A stretch of DNA of 64,000 bases. Origin: a virus. The stretch lies in the IMG/VR virus record IMGVR_UViG_3300045988_171958, positions 230,492 to 294,491 of that record. The stretch is one strand, 5' to 3'. Of the stretch, positions 63,062 to 64,000 are shown piece by piece. The notes under the pieces are model-generated. The model was not told the DNA's origin. It was given only the letters and a program-made list of their open reading frames with translations, and did no database searches. The translations under genes and the position numbers were made by a program. Each line of letters starts with the position of its first letter. The first letter of the stretch is position 1.

Positions 63062-63466
63062 ATGAAAAGTCTAGTAGAATGTCTGTTAGAAGAAGGTCTT
63101 GTCAAATTTGACAATAAAGAAATTGTTTCCAAAGAAGAAGCATTTAATTTATTAAGTACTAAAAAAGGTTATCATTTAGCATTTAAAGGTGTTAAATTTG
63201 ATAGTGGTGTCTTTTATATGTTAAAAGGTAAGAAAGGACAACTTGAAATATATAAATCTACTGATAATCATGACAAACCATGTTTTAATTGGTATTGTGC
63301 TGTTGGTGGTAATGATGATAGTGGATTTTTATGTTATTTAGATGCAGTGAAGTCTATTGATGAATTATTTAGCAAACTCATTGATAAATCTGTAGTTGTA
63401 TCAATTGTAAATACACCTAGTCTAGCAAAAGCAAAAGATTCTGATAAAATTGAGATATATCATTAA
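63062..63466 (+). CDS. hypothetical small protein with CTS-like tag (MKSLVECLLEE)
   Basis: 134-aa ORF preceded by an A11 tract. Confidence 0.55.
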   Translation: MKSLVECLLEEGLVKFDNKEIVSKEEAFNLLSTKKGYHLAFKGVKFDSGVFYMLKGKKGQLEIYKSTDNHDKPCFNWYCAVGGNDDSGFLCYLDAVKSIDELFSKLIDKSVVVSIVNTPSLAKAKDSDKIEIYH

Positions 63467-63475
63467 TAATATTGA

Positions 63476-63943
63476 ATGAATCTTAAGTTAATAAGAAAAT
63501 GGAAAAAAGAAGGATATACTATCGGGCAGCTTTACGTTGATGGTGTATTCTTTTCTAATACAATAGAAGATAAAGACAGAGGTCTTAATCAGAATATGAC
63601 TAAAGAAAAGATCCTGTTCATGAAGAAGCCTGGTATTACTGCAATTCCTACAGGTACTTATGAAATTGTATTGAATGTACAAAGTCCTAAGTATAAGAAA
63701 TCTAAGACAATGATGCAATTTTGTCAAGCATACATGCCTAGATTGTTGAATGTACCAGGTTATGATGGTGTATTGATACATCCAGGTAATTCCGCATCAG
63801 ATACAGAAGGTTGCATCATCCCAGGAAAGAATGATAAAGTGGGGTTGGTAAGTAATTCTACTAACTACTTTAAAGAACTTTACAATAAGATGAAGATTGC
63901 AAGCAAAAGTAGAGGAGAGAAGATTACTATAGAAATCATTTAA
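63476..63943 (+). CDS. DUF5675-like protein; possible YkuD-type (His...Gly-Cys) cell-wall peptidase
   Basis: GVLIHPGNSASDTEGCIIPG resembles the H-x-G...(S/T)-x-G-C catalytic motif of L,D-transpeptidase-fold enzymes. Confidence 0.4.
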   Translation: MNLKLIRKWKKEGYTIGQLYVDGVFFSNTIEDKDRGLNQNMTKEKILFMKKPGITAIPTGTYEIVLNVQSPKYKKSKTMMQFCQAYMPRLLNVPGYDGVLIHPGNSASDTEGCIIPGKNDKVGLVSNSTNYFKELYNKMKIASKSRGEKITIEII

Positions 63944-64000
63944 AATAATGAACATCACTTTCAGTTCTGCTCAAGAACTAAAGTTAATGAACATCACTTT

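Noticed and set aside
1-64000. Stop-codon reassignment (TAG or TGA recoding, as in some crAss-like and Lak phages). I considered it because 1-3631 has no listed minus-strand ORF and the locus is AT-rich with a large tRNA array.
   Set aside because: The 1-3631 frame is simply open to the window edge. Elsewhere, genes end cleanly on TAA, TAG (for example at 21241 and 52252, followed by terminator hairpins) or TGA. No suppressor anticodon (CTA, TCA, TTA) is present among the 26 tRNAs.

Overview
The window looks like a segment of a large, visibly AT-rich tailed-phage genome. GC content was judged by eye and not computed. It uses the standard genetic code: ORFs close on TAA, TAG or TGA, often just before hairpins.

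Layout:
- 1-3631 (-): the 5' part of a very large virion-type gene that runs off the left edge.
- 4186-11212 (+): an array of 26 tRNA genes that I folded by eye. Their anticodons cover all 20 amino acids. A few small ORFs sit inside the array, including an HExxH protein and a Vsr-like putative homing endonuclease, along with several long ORF-free spacers.
- 11268-20239 (-): a packaging and head block. It contains a T4 gp17-type large terminase whose Walker A P-loop is split by an intein, and a T4 gp20-type portal.
- 20347-24389: a small island, mostly on the + strand. It includes a Pol-beta-type nucleotidyltransferase, a secreted protein and an acidic protein.
- 24446-48090 (-): a long structural operon. 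It includes a LysM/gpX-like protein, a hub-like protein, two giant paralogous fibres with YadA-head-like repeats, and several unassignable large proteins.
- 48178-52254 (+): an early-type block with a DEDDh exonuclease, a YqeY/GatB-like protein and a multi-S1-domain protein.
- 52311-56963 (-): a block with duplicated cassettes, a two-domain glycosyltransferase, and a gp4-like head-completion nuclease with its neighbour.
- 57119-64000 (+): small genes including a probable lysis cassette.

Most notable observations:
1. At least 11 otherwise unrelated ORFs share an N-terminal MK(S/T)L(V/L)E-x-(L/I)-x-E tag. It closely resembles the T4 capsid-targeting sequence with its prohead-protease L/I-x-E site, so these may be a polymorphic set of packaged and possibly injected proteins.
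2. The phage carries a full tRNA complement. Every gene is followed by a templated C, but only 2 encode CCA, and several have inserted D-loop or variable elements.
3. The terminase carries a P-loop intein.
4. Two colinear GC-rich structured elements occur in the window.
5. Promoter and terminator sequences follow a clear common pattern.
6. There are recent duplications: 162 bp in frame in a fibre gene, a promoter cassette, and a decaying cassette duplication with a poly-A frameshift.

Functional calls rest on motifs recognised by eye and recalled from memory. No database search was possible.
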